The notes under the pieces were generated by a model that made no database searches, was not told where the DNA came from, and saw only the letters and a program-made list of their open reading frames with translations. The translations under genes were made by a program, and so were the position numbers. From assembly GCA_028274925.1 (NCBI GenBank), contig JAQCNR010000459.1:1-40243 (forward strand): a stretch of 40,243 nt of DNA, written 5' to 3'. Below are positions 1 through 8,589 of this stretch, in pieces; the stretch's first letter is position 1; every line of letters starts with the position of its first letter. This stretch comes from Halovenus sp. (GTDB lineage Archaea; Halobacteriota; Halobacteria; Halobacteriales; Haloarculaceae).

Positions 1-311
1 TCGTCGAAGACATCGAGTTCGTGGTAGACGGCGAGAATCTCGTCGCGTTCCTCCGTGGAGATGTCGACGCCGTAGGCGTCGAGTGCGTACTGCAGGGCGT
101 CGCGGTTCATCTCGTAGAAGGGCTGGTAGGCGTCGATCTGGTTGGCGATGAAGGTGTACGCCAGCGACCGGGTGCGCCAGAGTCGTGACACTGGTTCTGG
201 GTCGGGCACGCGCTCGGCCAAGGCCGTTCTGGCCGCCTCGACATCGACGAGTGTGCTGTACGAGTCAAACGTTACAGTCTGGACGCGGTCAGTGTCGAAT
301 CCCACTCCCAT
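1..311 (-). CDS. Haloacid dehalogenase type II (HAD superfamily), 5' part; runs off the window
   Basis: Hand translation from ATG 311: MGVGFDTDRVQTVTFDSYSTLVDV...LWRTRSLAYTF...YQPFYEMNRDALQYAL. The FDxYxTLVD motif I and WR motif are typical of L-2-haloacid dehalogenases. Not in the ORF track because it is truncated. Confidence 0.85.
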   Translation of the reverse strand, partial: MGVGFDTDRVQTVTFDSYSTLVDVEAARTALAERVPDPEPVSRLWRTRSLAYTFIANQIDAYQPFYEMNRDALQYALDAYGVDISTEERDEILAVYHELDVFD

Positions 312-335
312 ACTTGGCGTACATCGCGCGAGCGC

Positions 336-1304
336 TTAAGATTCCGCCCGCTCGTCGAGAAAGGCCGCGGCCTTGTCTCGACCCGACGTCAGCAACTCCT
401 CGATGAATGCGGGGTCGCGGTCGAGTTTCGTCGAGGCGTCGTAGCCCTGCCCCATCTGGATGCGGTGAATCTCGGTTGTCGAGAACTCGTCAGTCGGGAG
501 TCGACCACTCTCGACCCAGTCGTTGACCCGCTCGATGAACCGGAGTTCCTGGTTCAGCGAGATGTTGCCCGAGAGTTCGTTGCGCCGGTTGGTGATTTCG
601 TTGAGGCTCGTCGGCTCCCCCTCGAGTTCCTGCGGATTAATCTGAATTACCCACAGTTCGTCGGGCTTGCGTTCGGGCGATTGGTGCATCAGGTCGTAAA
701 TCGGTGGATTCTGGGAGAACAGCCCGTCCCAGTGGTAGTGACCGTTAATTTTGACCGCCTCGAACAGCGTCGGCACTGCCGCAGAGGCCAGCACCGCCTC
801 GACGGTAACGTCCTCGTTGGTGAACGTCTCGAAAACGCCGGCGTTGATGTTGACTGTCCCGACGACAAGTTCCGGTGCCGTTCGCTCACAGTAGCCGGGA
901 ATATCCGCGAAGTCCACGTGACGTTCGAGAATCGACCCGATACGCTCTTTGCCCATCTTCGACCACGGATTCTGGTAGGGGCTGACCCGTGCCAGCGGCA
1001 GTCCGGCACCCTCGAACCGTGAGAGCGTCGTCAGCCAGTTGTTCGTGGCACGGTCGGCCGGACCGTCGACCGCAATATCTGCCCAGATATCCGTCACGAT
1101 ATCTGCGGCTTTCGCCTCATCGCCGGTGACCAGCCCGTACCACGCTGCCAGGGCGTTGAACGCGCCGCCTGAGGTACCACTGATGCCGACGAGTTCGCAG
1201 TCGTCGTCCCAGTTCTCGAAACACTGAGCCAGCACACCGGCGGTGAAGGCGGTGTGACTCCCGCCGCCCTGACAGGCGATGGCGACGTTTGTTTGCTCAC
1301 TCAT
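336..1304 (-). CDS. Patatin-like phospholipase, probable PHA depolymerase of the PhaZh1 type
   Basis: Oxyanion motif QGGGSH, nucleophile elbow GTSGG and WDG catalytic Asp. Overlaps the upstream SDR gene by 4 bp, as in the haloarchaeal bdhA-phaZh1 operon. Confidence 0.85.
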   Translation of the reverse strand: MSEQTNVAIACQGGGSHTAFTAGVLAQCFENWDDDCELVGISGTSGGAFNALAAWYGLVTGDEAKAADIVTDIWADIAVDGPADRATNNWLTTLSRFEGAGLPLARVSPYQNPWSKMGKERIGSILERHVDFADIPGYCERTAPELVVGTVNINAGVFETFTNEDVTVEAVLASAAVPTLFEAVKINGHYHWDGLFSQNPPIYDLMHQSPERKPDELWVIQINPQELEGEPTSLNEITNRRNELSGNISLNQELRFIERVNDWVESGRLPTDEFSTTEIHRIQMGQGYDASTKLDRDPAFIEELLTSGRDKAAAFLDERAES

Positions 1305-2164
1305 TGATAGGTTGTCGTGTAGCCGCCGTCCCAGAGCATATCGCCGCCGTTGAGGTGCTTGCCGTGTCGTGAGAGGCCAAATGTGAAGAGATTTGCTACC
1401 TCTGCCGGCGTCATCATCTGTTTCGTTCGGGCCTGTCCGAGCATCACGTCCTCGATGACCGCTTGTTTGGAGATGCCGCGCTGTTCTGCGGTATCCTCGA
1501 TCTGGTTGACCATCAGCGGCGTCAGGACGTAGCCGACCGAGACCGAAAAACTCCGGAGTGTGCCCGCGCCCTCTGCGGCGATAGAGCGTGTCAGCCCAGT
1601 GAGCGCGTGTTTCGCGGTGATGTAGGCCGCCTTCCGTTCGGTCGCGAAGTGGCCGTGCACCGACGACATATTCGCGATGGCACCGACGCCATCCTCGGTC
1701 GCCTCGATATGTGGAATCGCCTTCTGTGCGGTCAAAAAGGGCGCGCGGACCATGATGTCCTGCAAGAGGTCGTACTTCTCCATCGGGAACTCGGCGATGG
1801 CGTCGATGTGTTGCATCCCTGCGATGTTGGCGACGTAGCGCAACTGGCCGTACTCTGCGGCGGCGTCGACGACTGCTCCCACGTCCTCGTCGTTGGTCAG
1901 GTCTGTCTCGACCCCCTCGAATGAGCCCTCGGCACCGATTTCGTCGACGAGCGCTGTGGTCTCGGCCATTCCGTCGGTGTCGATGTCGGCCCCGACGACA
2001 GTGAGGCCGTTGGCGGCGAGTGCGACCGCGGTTGCCTGTCCGATTCCGGAGGCTGCGCCGGTAACGAGCGCTGTCGTGTCCTCGGTGAACCGTGGGTCGT
2101 CGAGGACCAGTAGGTCGTCGCGGGTCAGTTCAGGTGGCGCCAGGTCGATATCATCCTCAGTCAT
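1301..2164 (-). CDS. bdhA: SDR oxidoreductase, probable 3-hydroxybutyrate dehydrogenase
   Basis: TGAASGIG, NIAGMQH, SSVHG and YITAK motifs. Start moved to ATG 2164 (MTEDD...), with a TATA-like TTTTTAT about 25 bp upstream on the minus strand. Confidence 0.8.
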   Translation of the reverse strand: MTEDDIDLAPPELTRDDLLVLDDPRFTEDTTALVTGAASGIGQATAVALAANGLTVVGADIDTDGMAETTALVDEIGAEGSFEGVETDLTNDEDVGAVVDAAAEYGQLRYVANIAGMQHIDAIAEFPMEKYDLLQDIMVRAPFLTAQKAIPHIEATEDGVGAIANMSSVHGHFATERKAAYITAKHALTGLTRSIAAEGAGTLRSFSVSVGYVLTPLMVNQIEDTAEQRGISKQAVIEDVMLGQARTKQMMTPAEVANLFTFGLSRHGKHLNGGDMLWDGGYTTTYQ

Positions 2165-2327
2165 AGTTGTACTTCGTTGCAGTCCCAAATAAAAAGCGCA
2201 GTTAACGCAGGGTGGTTCGAGGGGGTCAATGACAGTATGCCCGGTCCGCGCTACCCAGCCGCGCGGTTGTGTAGGTCCAGCGCGCACCCCGGGAAACATT
2301 ATTGTGCAATCCGACACAGAACAAAAT

Positions 2328-2579
2328 ATGGCACATCAGTCGCGCTCCGAAGATGCGACTGCCTCGCTGTCAGAGTTGCCGCCCAGTGCGAAACTCGTCG
2401 CCAAGACGCTCGAACACGAGGGAGAGTTGACCCAGCCACAACTGGCTGACCAGACGTTGCTGGCGGGCCGAACAGTCCGGTCTGCGCTGTCTGAACTCGA
2501 AGACGCTGACATCGTCACCTCTCGCAGTTCCGTCATCGACGCACGGAAGACACTCTACTCGCTCGCTGACGACGACTAG
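2328..2579 (+). CDS. Small winged-helix (MarR-like) transcription regulator
   Basis: LPPSAKLV...LTQxQLADQTLLxxRTVRSAL...DARKTLYSL pattern of haloarchaeal HTH proteins. ATG at 2328, divergent from bdhA. Confidence 0.8.
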   Translation: MAHQSRSEDATASLSELPPSAKLVAKTLEHEGELTQPQLADQTLLAGRTVRSALSELEDADIVTSRSSVIDARKTLYSLADDD

Positions 2580-2634
2580 TTGGGGTTACCGACTTCTCAC
2601 CAACACTTACGAGCCAACCGCGTGAGTCTCACGT

Positions 2635-4059
2635 ATGAGCGACCCATTCGTCGTCGTCGGCGGTGACGCCGCAGGACTGAGCGCAGCGAGCAAGTGCAAA
2701 CGCGAAGACCCAGACCGAGAGGTCATCGTCTACGAGAAAAGCGACTGGATTTCCTACGCCCACTGTGGCATGCCGTACTACATCAAAGGCGAGGTGGACT
2801 CTATCGCGTCGATGCTCTCGCTGTCACCAACAGAAGTCAGCGAACGAGGAATCGACCTCCACCGACACCACGAGGTGACTGGGGTCGACCCACGGGAACA
2901 GACGGTCACCGTCGAGACGCCCGACGGCACAGTCAAACAGTCCTACGGCGACCTGCTGATTGCCACCGGTGCGCGGGCGGTGACTGCGCCAATCGAGGGT
3001 GCAGACCTCGACGACGTATTCACGATTCACCACATGCACTCGGCCGCGGCACTGCGCGCACTGCTCACACCACCCGAGAAGGCCGACGAATCGGTGCTCG
3101 ACGCCGACTACGTCGACCTCGACGCAATAACGCCGTACTTCGACCGCGAGCCACCCGAAACCGTCGCCATGGTCGGCGGCGGATACGTTGGCGTCGAGAT
3201 GGTCGAGGCATTCCGCGAGTGGGACCTCGAAACACATCTCTACCAGCGCCCCAGTCGACCCGCACCAGCCTTCGGCGAGGCTGTCGGCGACGAAATCGCA
3301 GCTTATGTCGACGACGCAGGCGTCGACCTGCACCTGAACACTGAAGGCGAAGCTATCGCGGGCGAGGATAGCGTCGAGCGAGTTGTTGCTGACGACGGCA
3401 CTGTCGCGGTGGATTTAGCGGTGGTCGGTATTGGCATCCGGCCAAACACGGAACTCGTCATGGACACTGGCGTCGAGTTCGGCGAGTCTGGCGCAGTCAG
3501 AATCGACGAATACGGCCAGACCGCAGTCGATGGCGTCTACGCTGCCGGCGACTGCGCGGAGAAGACCCACGCCGTCACCGGTGAGTCCGACTGGGTGCCC
3601 CTCGGTCTGACGGCAAACCGCGCGGGCCGGGCAATCGGCCAGACTGTCGCTGGCGACCCGACACCAGTCGGTGAGATTGCTGGCACAGCCGTGTTGAAAG
3701 CCTTCGAACTGGAGTGTGGTCGCGTGGGAATCATCGACCACGACCGGGCCGAAGCAGCCGGGTTCGACCCTGTCTCGGAGACGATCACTGCCGGGTCACG
3801 TTCTGGCTACTACCCCGGTAACGCCGAGACGACGGTGACGCTGACCGCCGACAGCGAGAGCGGACGGCTGCTCGGGGGGACGATTGCCGGGGAGGACCGC
3901 GCAGCCATCCGAATCGACACGCTCGCAACGGCGTTGCACAAGGGGACGACAGTGGACGAACTCGAACGGTTCGACCTCGCGTATGCACCACCGTTCAGCC
4001 CAGTGTGGGACCCGATTCTCGTCGCGGCGAAGGTGCTCAACGGCTCGTTGGAAGCGTAA
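2635..4059 (+). CDS. FAD-dependent CoA-disulfide reductase / NADH oxidase family flavoprotein
   Basis: GGDAAG FAD motif, SYAHCGMPY redox Cys, GGGYVG NAD motif, YAAGDC, C-terminal DLAYAPPFS. Confidence 0.9.
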   Translation: MSDPFVVVGGDAAGLSAASKCKREDPDREVIVYEKSDWISYAHCGMPYYIKGEVDSIASMLSLSPTEVSERGIDLHRHHEVTGVDPREQTVTVETPDGTVKQSYGDLLIATGARAVTAPIEGADLDDVFTIHHMHSAAALRALLTPPEKADESVLDADYVDLDAITPYFDREPPETVAMVGGGYVGVEMVEAFREWDLETHLYQRPSRPAPAFGEAVGDEIAAYVDDAGVDLHLNTEGEAIAGEDSVERVVADDGTVAVDLAVVGIGIRPNTELVMDTGVEFGESGAVRIDEYGQTAVDGVYAAGDCAEKTHAVTGESDWVPLGLTANRAGRAIGQTVAGDPTPVGEIAGTAVLKAFELECGRVGIIDHDRAEAAGFDPVSETITAGSRSGYYPGNAETTVTLTADSESGRLLGGTIAGEDRAAIRIDTLATALHKGTTVDELERFDLAYAPPFSPVWDPILVAAKVLNGSLEA

Positions 4060-4122
4060 ATTCTTCCGTTCACCCTGCGATTCACGGGAAGCTTTATTCA
4101 GGGTCCTAAAGAAGTGCCACAT

Positions 4123-4155
4123 ATGAGTGATCGGCAGCTCCGGGGAGGAGACTGA
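4123..4155 (+). CDS. Putative 10-aa leaderless upstream ORF (MSDRQLRGGD)
   Basis: ATG lies 25-30 bp after TTTATT (4093-4098). Contains GGAGGAG and stops 2 nt before the GTG of the PiT gene. Confidence 0.4.
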   Translation: MSDRQLRGGD

Positions 4156-4157
4156 CC

Positions 4158-5363
4158 GTGGCTGGACTGCTGTTTTGGGCGCTCGTCGCGCTGGCGACTG
4201 TCACTAGCCTCGCGACGGCGTGGGCGCTGGGTGCAAACAGCAACTCGCCACCGTTCGCGCCGGCGATTGGTGCCAACGCCATCTCGACGATGCGGGCGGC
4301 CTTTCTCGTCGGCATCCTCGCCGCACTTGGCGCACTGGCCCAGGGCGGCGCAATCTCCGAAACCGTCGGCGCGGGCCTGATTAACGGCGTCCAGATCACC
4401 TCGCTGGCAGCAACGGCGGGGCTGCTGACCGCAACGTCGTTCATGGTGATTGGTGTCTATACCGGCTATCCTGTCCCCGCGGCGTTTGCCACGACCGGCG
4501 CAATGGTCGGCGTGGGACTCTCGCTTGGCGGCGACCCCGCAATCGATACCTACCGCCGGATTGCGACGTTCTGGGTGCTCGTCCCGCCTGTCTCTGGGGG
4601 GCTTGCTTACCTGACCGCAACGCTGCTCCGACGCGACGATATTCCCGAAACCCTCAGCATCCCACTGCTCGCAGCTATCGTCGGCGGCATCGCCGCGAAC
4701 GTCCAACTGTCGATTATTCCCTCACCGCCCGACGTCGAGCAAAGCTCTATTGCCGCGTTCGTCGCAAGATTCGTCCAGAGCCCAACGCTCGGGGGCGTTG
4801 ACCCGCTGCAAGTGCTGGTTACGATTGCCCTCGCCGCGCTAAGCTTCCAAGTGATGCGCCGCCGAACGCGAGATTCGGTCGAGGGCGGCATCCGGTCGTT
4901 TCTCGTCGTTCTCGGGAGTGTCGTTGCCTTCTCAAGCGGTGGTAGTCAGGTCGGACTGGCGACCGGTCCGCTGGAAAATCTCTACGGGACCGAACTCGGC
5001 CTGCCGGGAATCGTCCTGCTGGCCCTCGGTGCAACCGGCATCCTCGCCGGTGCGTGGATGGGCGCACCCAAACTGCTCCAGGCAACCTCGCGTGAGTACG
5101 CGCAGTTGGGTGTCCGACGCTCGATTGCCGCGCTCGTGCCCGGATTTATCATCGCGCAGTTGGCCATCGCGCTCGGGATTCCCATCTCGTTCAACAACAT
5201 TATTATCTCCGGCGTTATCGGCGGCGGACTGGCTGGTGGCTCTGCAGGCGTTTCCCGTCGAAAAATCGGCGTTACGCTGACCTTTTGGGTCATTACGCTG
5301 GGTAGTTCCATCGCGGTTGGATTCGGCCTGTACAAACTCTTTGCCGCGGTGCTTGGCGGGTGA
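4158..5363 (+). CDS. Inorganic phosphate transporter (PiT family)
   Basis: Polytopic membrane protein with GANSNSPPFAPAIGA and FSSGGSQVGLATGP signatures. GTG start with GGAGG upstream. Confidence 0.8.
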   Translation: MAGLLFWALVALATVTSLATAWALGANSNSPPFAPAIGANAISTMRAAFLVGILAALGALAQGGAISETVGAGLINGVQITSLAATAGLLTATSFMVIGVYTGYPVPAAFATTGAMVGVGLSLGGDPAIDTYRRIATFWVLVPPVSGGLAYLTATLLRRDDIPETLSIPLLAAIVGGIAANVQLSIIPSPPDVEQSSIAAFVARFVQSPTLGGVDPLQVLVTIALAALSFQVMRRRTRDSVEGGIRSFLVVLGSVVAFSSGGSQVGLATGPLENLYGTELGLPGIVLLALGATGILAGAWMGAPKLLQATSREYAQLGVRRSIAALVPGFIIAQLAIALGIPISFNNIIISGVIGGGLAGGSAGVSRRKIGVTLTFWVITLGSSIAVGFGLYKLFAAVLGG

Positions 5364-5364
5364 C

Positions 5365-5790
5365 TCAGCGGACGACGGTGACTGTTACTGGTGCTTCGCC
5401 GACGACAGTGGTTGCGACTGTGCCGAGCAACCGGCGAGCAATGCTGGTCCGCTCGCCGCCGTGACTGCCCATCACGATTCGGTCGATGTCGTGTGTATCG
5501 ACGTATGCGAGGATTGCCTCGGCCGGGTCGCCGGTTTCGACGGCTGTCTCGATGTCGGCTTCGGTGGCGCGTTCCCGGCTCTGCTCGACGAGCGTGTTAG
5601 CCCGCTTGCGTGCGCTTTTACGCCGCTTTTCGCCAGGTTCGAGCATCCCGCCCTCGCTCATCGCTGCGTCGAGCTGCGTCACCACGTTCAGCACGGTCAC
5701 ACGACAATCAAAGAGCGCAAGCGCCTCGTCGAGTGCCGCGTCGGCCAGTGGTGAGCCGTCGAGTGGAACGAGCACGTGCGATGGAGCCAT
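5365..5790 (-). CDS. Universal stress protein
   Basis: VLVPLDGS ... GDPAEAIL ... IVMGSHG ... LLGTVATTVV. Start at ATG 5790. Confidence 0.9.
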   Translation of the reverse strand: MAPSHVLVPLDGSPLADAALDEALALFDCRVTVLNVVTQLDAAMSEGGMLEPGEKRRKSARKRANTLVEQSRERATEADIETAVETGDPAEAILAYVDTHDIDRIVMGSHGGERTSIARRLLGTVATTVVGEAPVTVTVVR

Positions 5791-5845
5791 ACTGTCGGTT
5801 GCACCCGGGGGGACATATTGTCGGGGGTCGCCTGCAGACGTAGCC

Positions 5846-5985
5846 TTATATACAATCACCGGGCCAGAGGAGATATGTCCGAGACAGCACACGTTATCGC
5901 TGGCCGCTGTACGGCCCAGTTTGAGGGAACCAGAGAACAGGAACACTGCGGCGTCCTCATCGTCTTAGTCAAACCAGACAGCACT
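5846..5985 (+). repeat. Left copy of an imperfect direct repeat of about 140 bp (promoter plus first 37 codons of the gene at 7101)
   Basis: TTATAT(A/C)CAATCAC starts 29 bp before ATG in both copies (5846/5875 and 7072/7101). The coding parts match at 95 of 111 nt by hand count. Confidence 0.95.
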
Positions 5986-5991
5986 AGTTAA
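5875..5991 (+). pseudogene. Truncated 38-codon copy of the N-terminus of the NucS-N/zinc-ribbon protein
   Basis: MSETAHVIAGRCTAQFEGTREQEHCGVLIVLVKPDSTS* versus MPDTAHVIAGRCTAVFEGTREQEHCGDLIVLVKPDNTV... at 7101. Confidence 0.9.
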
Positions 5992-6134
5992 CTACTAGTA
6001 GATTGTATATCTCACTCCCCTGACTGTGATCTATTCCCCAATACTCGCTCAGTAGAATTCGGACAGATTGATATAATCCTATGTGGAGAGGTCCATAGGC
6101 TTATGGGTATGGAGTGAGTAACATAGGTTGACGG

Positions 6135-6440
6135 ATGGCGTCCTACACCACCATCGAAGACTGGACGGCTGTCGAAGACGGCTACGTTGTTGACGTCACC
6201 ATCCGGCAGACGAAGGCTGAGAAGTACCCAAGTGGCTGGGACTACAGCCTACATCTCGGGAAAGTCGGTGGTGATACCATCCTCCGATACGATAACGCTC
6301 ACGAGCAGACGAAAGGTCACGAGCGCCACACCTTGGATGAAATCGAAATCATCGAGTTTCCCGGGATGCTCACCCTGTATGACCGGTTCAAACGCGAAGC
6401 TGAAGGGATGTCACCAGTGTCGTGGGACTGGTCGGAGTAG
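6135..6440 (+). CDS. DUF6516 / TumE-like putative toxin
   Basis: YPSGWDYSLH...ILRYDNAHE..KGHERH...IEFPGM..LYDRF pattern of DUF6516 proteins. Confidence 0.75.
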   Translation: MASYTTIEDWTAVEDGYVVDVTIRQTKAEKYPSGWDYSLHLGKVGGDTILRYDNAHEQTKGHERHTLDEIEIIEFPGMLTLYDRFKREAEGMSPVSWDWSE

Positions 6441-6463
6441 GACGCCGTCAGGAGGAAACCACC

Positions 6464-6868
6464 ATGCCAACGCTCAAAGTCACCGTCGGCGAACGCGACC
6501 GCCTCGATCAGCGCACACGCAGTCGCATCAAGGCCGCTCAGGAGGGCGAAGACCTCGACGATCCCCAGCCGGTCCTGAACTTCGGATCGTACGCTGAACT
6601 CAGCCGACTCCTTAGCCCGAAGAACCTGGAACTGCTGGAGATGATCTCCACACACAATCCCGAGAGTATCAGCGAAGCTGCCAAACTGGTAGACCGGGAC
6701 TACAAGCAGGTTCACCGGAATCTTTCTGAACTCGAGGACATCGGTATCATCGAGTTCGAAGGCGGCGGGGCAGGTACAGCAAAGCGGCCGAAACTGGCCT
6801 ACGACGGTCTCGAAATCGACATTCCGTTCAGCGGATCGAACGAGGGTGTTGGCGCAGCACCACCGTAA
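6464..6868 (+). CDS. HTH DNA-binding protein (HVO_A0114-like), putative antitoxin
   Basis: LLSPKNLELL...PESISEAAKLVDRDYKQVHRNLSELEDIGII...AKRP. GGAGG before ATG 6464. This HTH type is usually paired with DUF6516. Confidence 0.8.
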   Translation: MPTLKVTVGERDRLDQRTRSRIKAAQEGEDLDDPQPVLNFGSYAELSRLLSPKNLELLEMISTHNPESISEAAKLVDRDYKQVHRNLSELEDIGIIEFEGGGAGTAKRPKLAYDGLEIDIPFSGSNEGVGAAPP

Positions 6869-7071
6869 CTTACACTCCTGTTTACCTCACATCCGCAGAC
6901 ATCTCGCCGATTACATCCTCCATCGGTTCGTAGGTAGCGTTTGGCCGTTGCGAGCGCCCGCCAGATATCCTGCCACTGTGGACCGCGTAGCCCGTGTTTG
7001 AGGCCAGTCTGAAAATCTCGACGCCGCACGCCTCGGATGACGCTGTCTCTGCCCGGGACCTCTCCGTACGT

Positions 7072-7211
7072 TTATATCCAATCACGGAACCAATCACCCT
7101 ATGCCCGACACAGCACACGTTATCGCCGGCCGCTGTACGGCCGTCTTCGAGGGAACGAGAGAACAGGAACACTGTGGCGACCTCATCGTCCTCGTCAAGC
7201 CCGACAACACC
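7072..7211 (+). repeat. Right copy of the direct repeat (functional promoter and 5' end of the gene at 7101)
   Basis: Aligns without gaps to 5846-5985, offset 1226 bp. Confidence 0.95.
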
Positions 7212-7817
7212 GTTCTCGTCCACGACGCCGACGGCTACCAGCCAGTTGCGTGGCTCACACGACCCGACTCAGTCACCGTTGCTGGCGGCACTGTCGCCGC
7301 CAGCGATGGCGAGCAATCACTCACTGTGACGGTCCACGACGCCAGCGCCCGCACCGCTCACACGCTCGGCCACGCGGGCCTGCCCGTCGGAGAGTGTCCA
7401 GAGTGCGACACCGACCTGCTCCGGGGCGACGGCACCCTCTCCTGCCTGGATTGCGAGACAGCGGTGCCGATTCCCCGCGACGCGACAGTTCTCGACGACA
7501 CTTGCTCGGAGTGTGGTCTGCCGCGGGTTCGGGTTCGGCGGGGCTGTTCGCTGGTCTGCTGTCCCGACTGCGAATCGCTGACAGAACGGGTCCGGGAAGG
7601 GTTCGACCGCCAGTGGGGCTGCCCTGACTGTGACGGCCAGTTACGCGTGCTCTACCGCGGCGGTCTGTTGCTTGGCTGTGACCGCTATCCCGACTGCGAG
7701 ACAGCCTACTCGTTCCCGACCGGGATTCACGACGGCACCTGCGGCTGTGGCTTGCCAGTGTTCGAGACGGCGTCGGGGCGGCGCTGTCTCGATAGTGGCT
7801 GCAAACAGAGCGGCTGA
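7101..7817 (+). CDS. NucS N-terminal-like domain fused to multiple Cys zinc ribbons (topoisomerase C4-type)
   Basis: C..xFEG...LIVLVKPDNTVLVHDADGYQPVAW resembles the NucS N-domain. It is followed by eight Cys pairs including LLGCDRYPDC. No nuclease domain visible. Confidence 0.7.
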   Translation: MPDTAHVIAGRCTAVFEGTREQEHCGDLIVLVKPDNTVLVHDADGYQPVAWLTRPDSVTVAGGTVAASDGEQSLTVTVHDASARTAHTLGHAGLPVGECPECDTDLLRGDGTLSCLDCETAVPIPRDATVLDDTCSECGLPRVRVRRGCSLVCCPDCESLTERVREGFDRQWGCPDCDGQLRVLYRGGLLLGCDRYPDCETAYSFPTGIHDGTCGCGLPVFETASGRRCLDSGCKQSG

Positions 7818-7866
7818 CCGCTGCCCCTTCCAGCATCTCTTTGACGCTCGGTCGCAAACAGCCAGT

Positions 7867-8112
7867 ATGCGAATCGAATTCGACCGCGATACGTGTATCG
7901 GGATGTTTCAGTGTACCGCGGAGTGGGACGCCTTCGAGCGCGACGAGGACGATGGCAAAGCAGATTTAGCCGACAGTGAGGAAACAGACGAGGATATTTT
8001 CGTTCGCGAAGTGCCTGACGGCGAGGAATTAGACGCGAAGTTTGCCGCGCGCAGTTGTCCGGTCGACGCAATCGTTGTCTACGACGACGACGGTGAGCAA
8101 CTGATCCCGTAG
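7867..8112 (+). CDS. Ferredoxin, probably [3Fe-4S] type
   Basis: DRDTCIGMFQC ... AARSCPVDAI, with the second Cys of CxxCxxC replaced by Met. ATG at 7867. Confidence 0.85.
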   Translation: MRIEFDRDTCIGMFQCTAEWDAFERDEDDGKADLADSEETDEDIFVREVPDGEELDAKFAARSCPVDAIVVYDDDGEQLIP

Positions 8113-8550
8113 TTACTCGAACTCGCCCTCGTCGACGTCACGCTCGGGCCGAGAGGCCATCGTGATACGGTTGCGCGGGAAGAAGTGCGCAAGGTCGGTC
8201 GTCGTCACGATTCCAACTGGTTTCCCGTCTTCTGTGACGGGCAGTTTCTTCACCGCGTTGTGGCCCATCCGCTCGCCAGCGACGTAGACGGCTTCGTGTG
8301 GCCGCACGGTCACCACTGGGTCGGTCATAATTTTCTCGACAGTAGTCGAATCGAGGTCGAGTCCCTGCCCCACGGCCGCGACAATATCTGTCTCGGTGAC
8401 AATCCCCTCGATAATGTCGTCACCGACGACCAGCGAGCCAATACTGTTCTCTCGCAGTGTCTGTGCGGCCTCTGTAATCGTCGTGTCGCTGGTGACTGTC
8501 GCCACCGGCGAACTCATAATCTCCTCGACTGCGGTCTCTTTTTCAGACAT
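8113..8550 (-). CDS. CBS-pair protein
   Basis: Two CBS repeats (IMSSPV...IGSLVV...GIVTETDI and IMTDPV...KLPV...GIVTTTDL). Confidence 0.9.
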   Translation of the reverse strand: MSEKETAVEEIMSSPVATVTSDTTITEAAQTLRENSIGSLVVGDDIIEGIVTETDIVAAVGQGLDLDSTTVEKIMTDPVVTVRPHEAVYVAGERMGHNAVKKLPVTEDGKPVGIVTTTDLAHFFPRNRITMASRPERDVDEGEFE

Positions 8551-8589
8551 ACGTCTACCTTTGGGTGGCTGTCTCTTAATGGCCGTGGC

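Larger units (their letters stand above)
5986..7071. mobile_element. Putative inserted islet carrying a toxin-antitoxin-like gene pair
   Basis: Lies between the two repeat copies and starts with an AT-rich segment (5986-6134). No integrase or transposase inside. Confidence 0.55.

Noticed and set aside
2205-2230. GGTTCGA resembling a tRNA T-loop
   Set aside because: No cloverleaf can be built around it.
6869-7070. Possible gene remnant (...YEPMEDVIGEMSADVR*) on the minus strand of the islet
   Set aside because: Too short to assign, with no credible start or family motif; not called an integrase relic.
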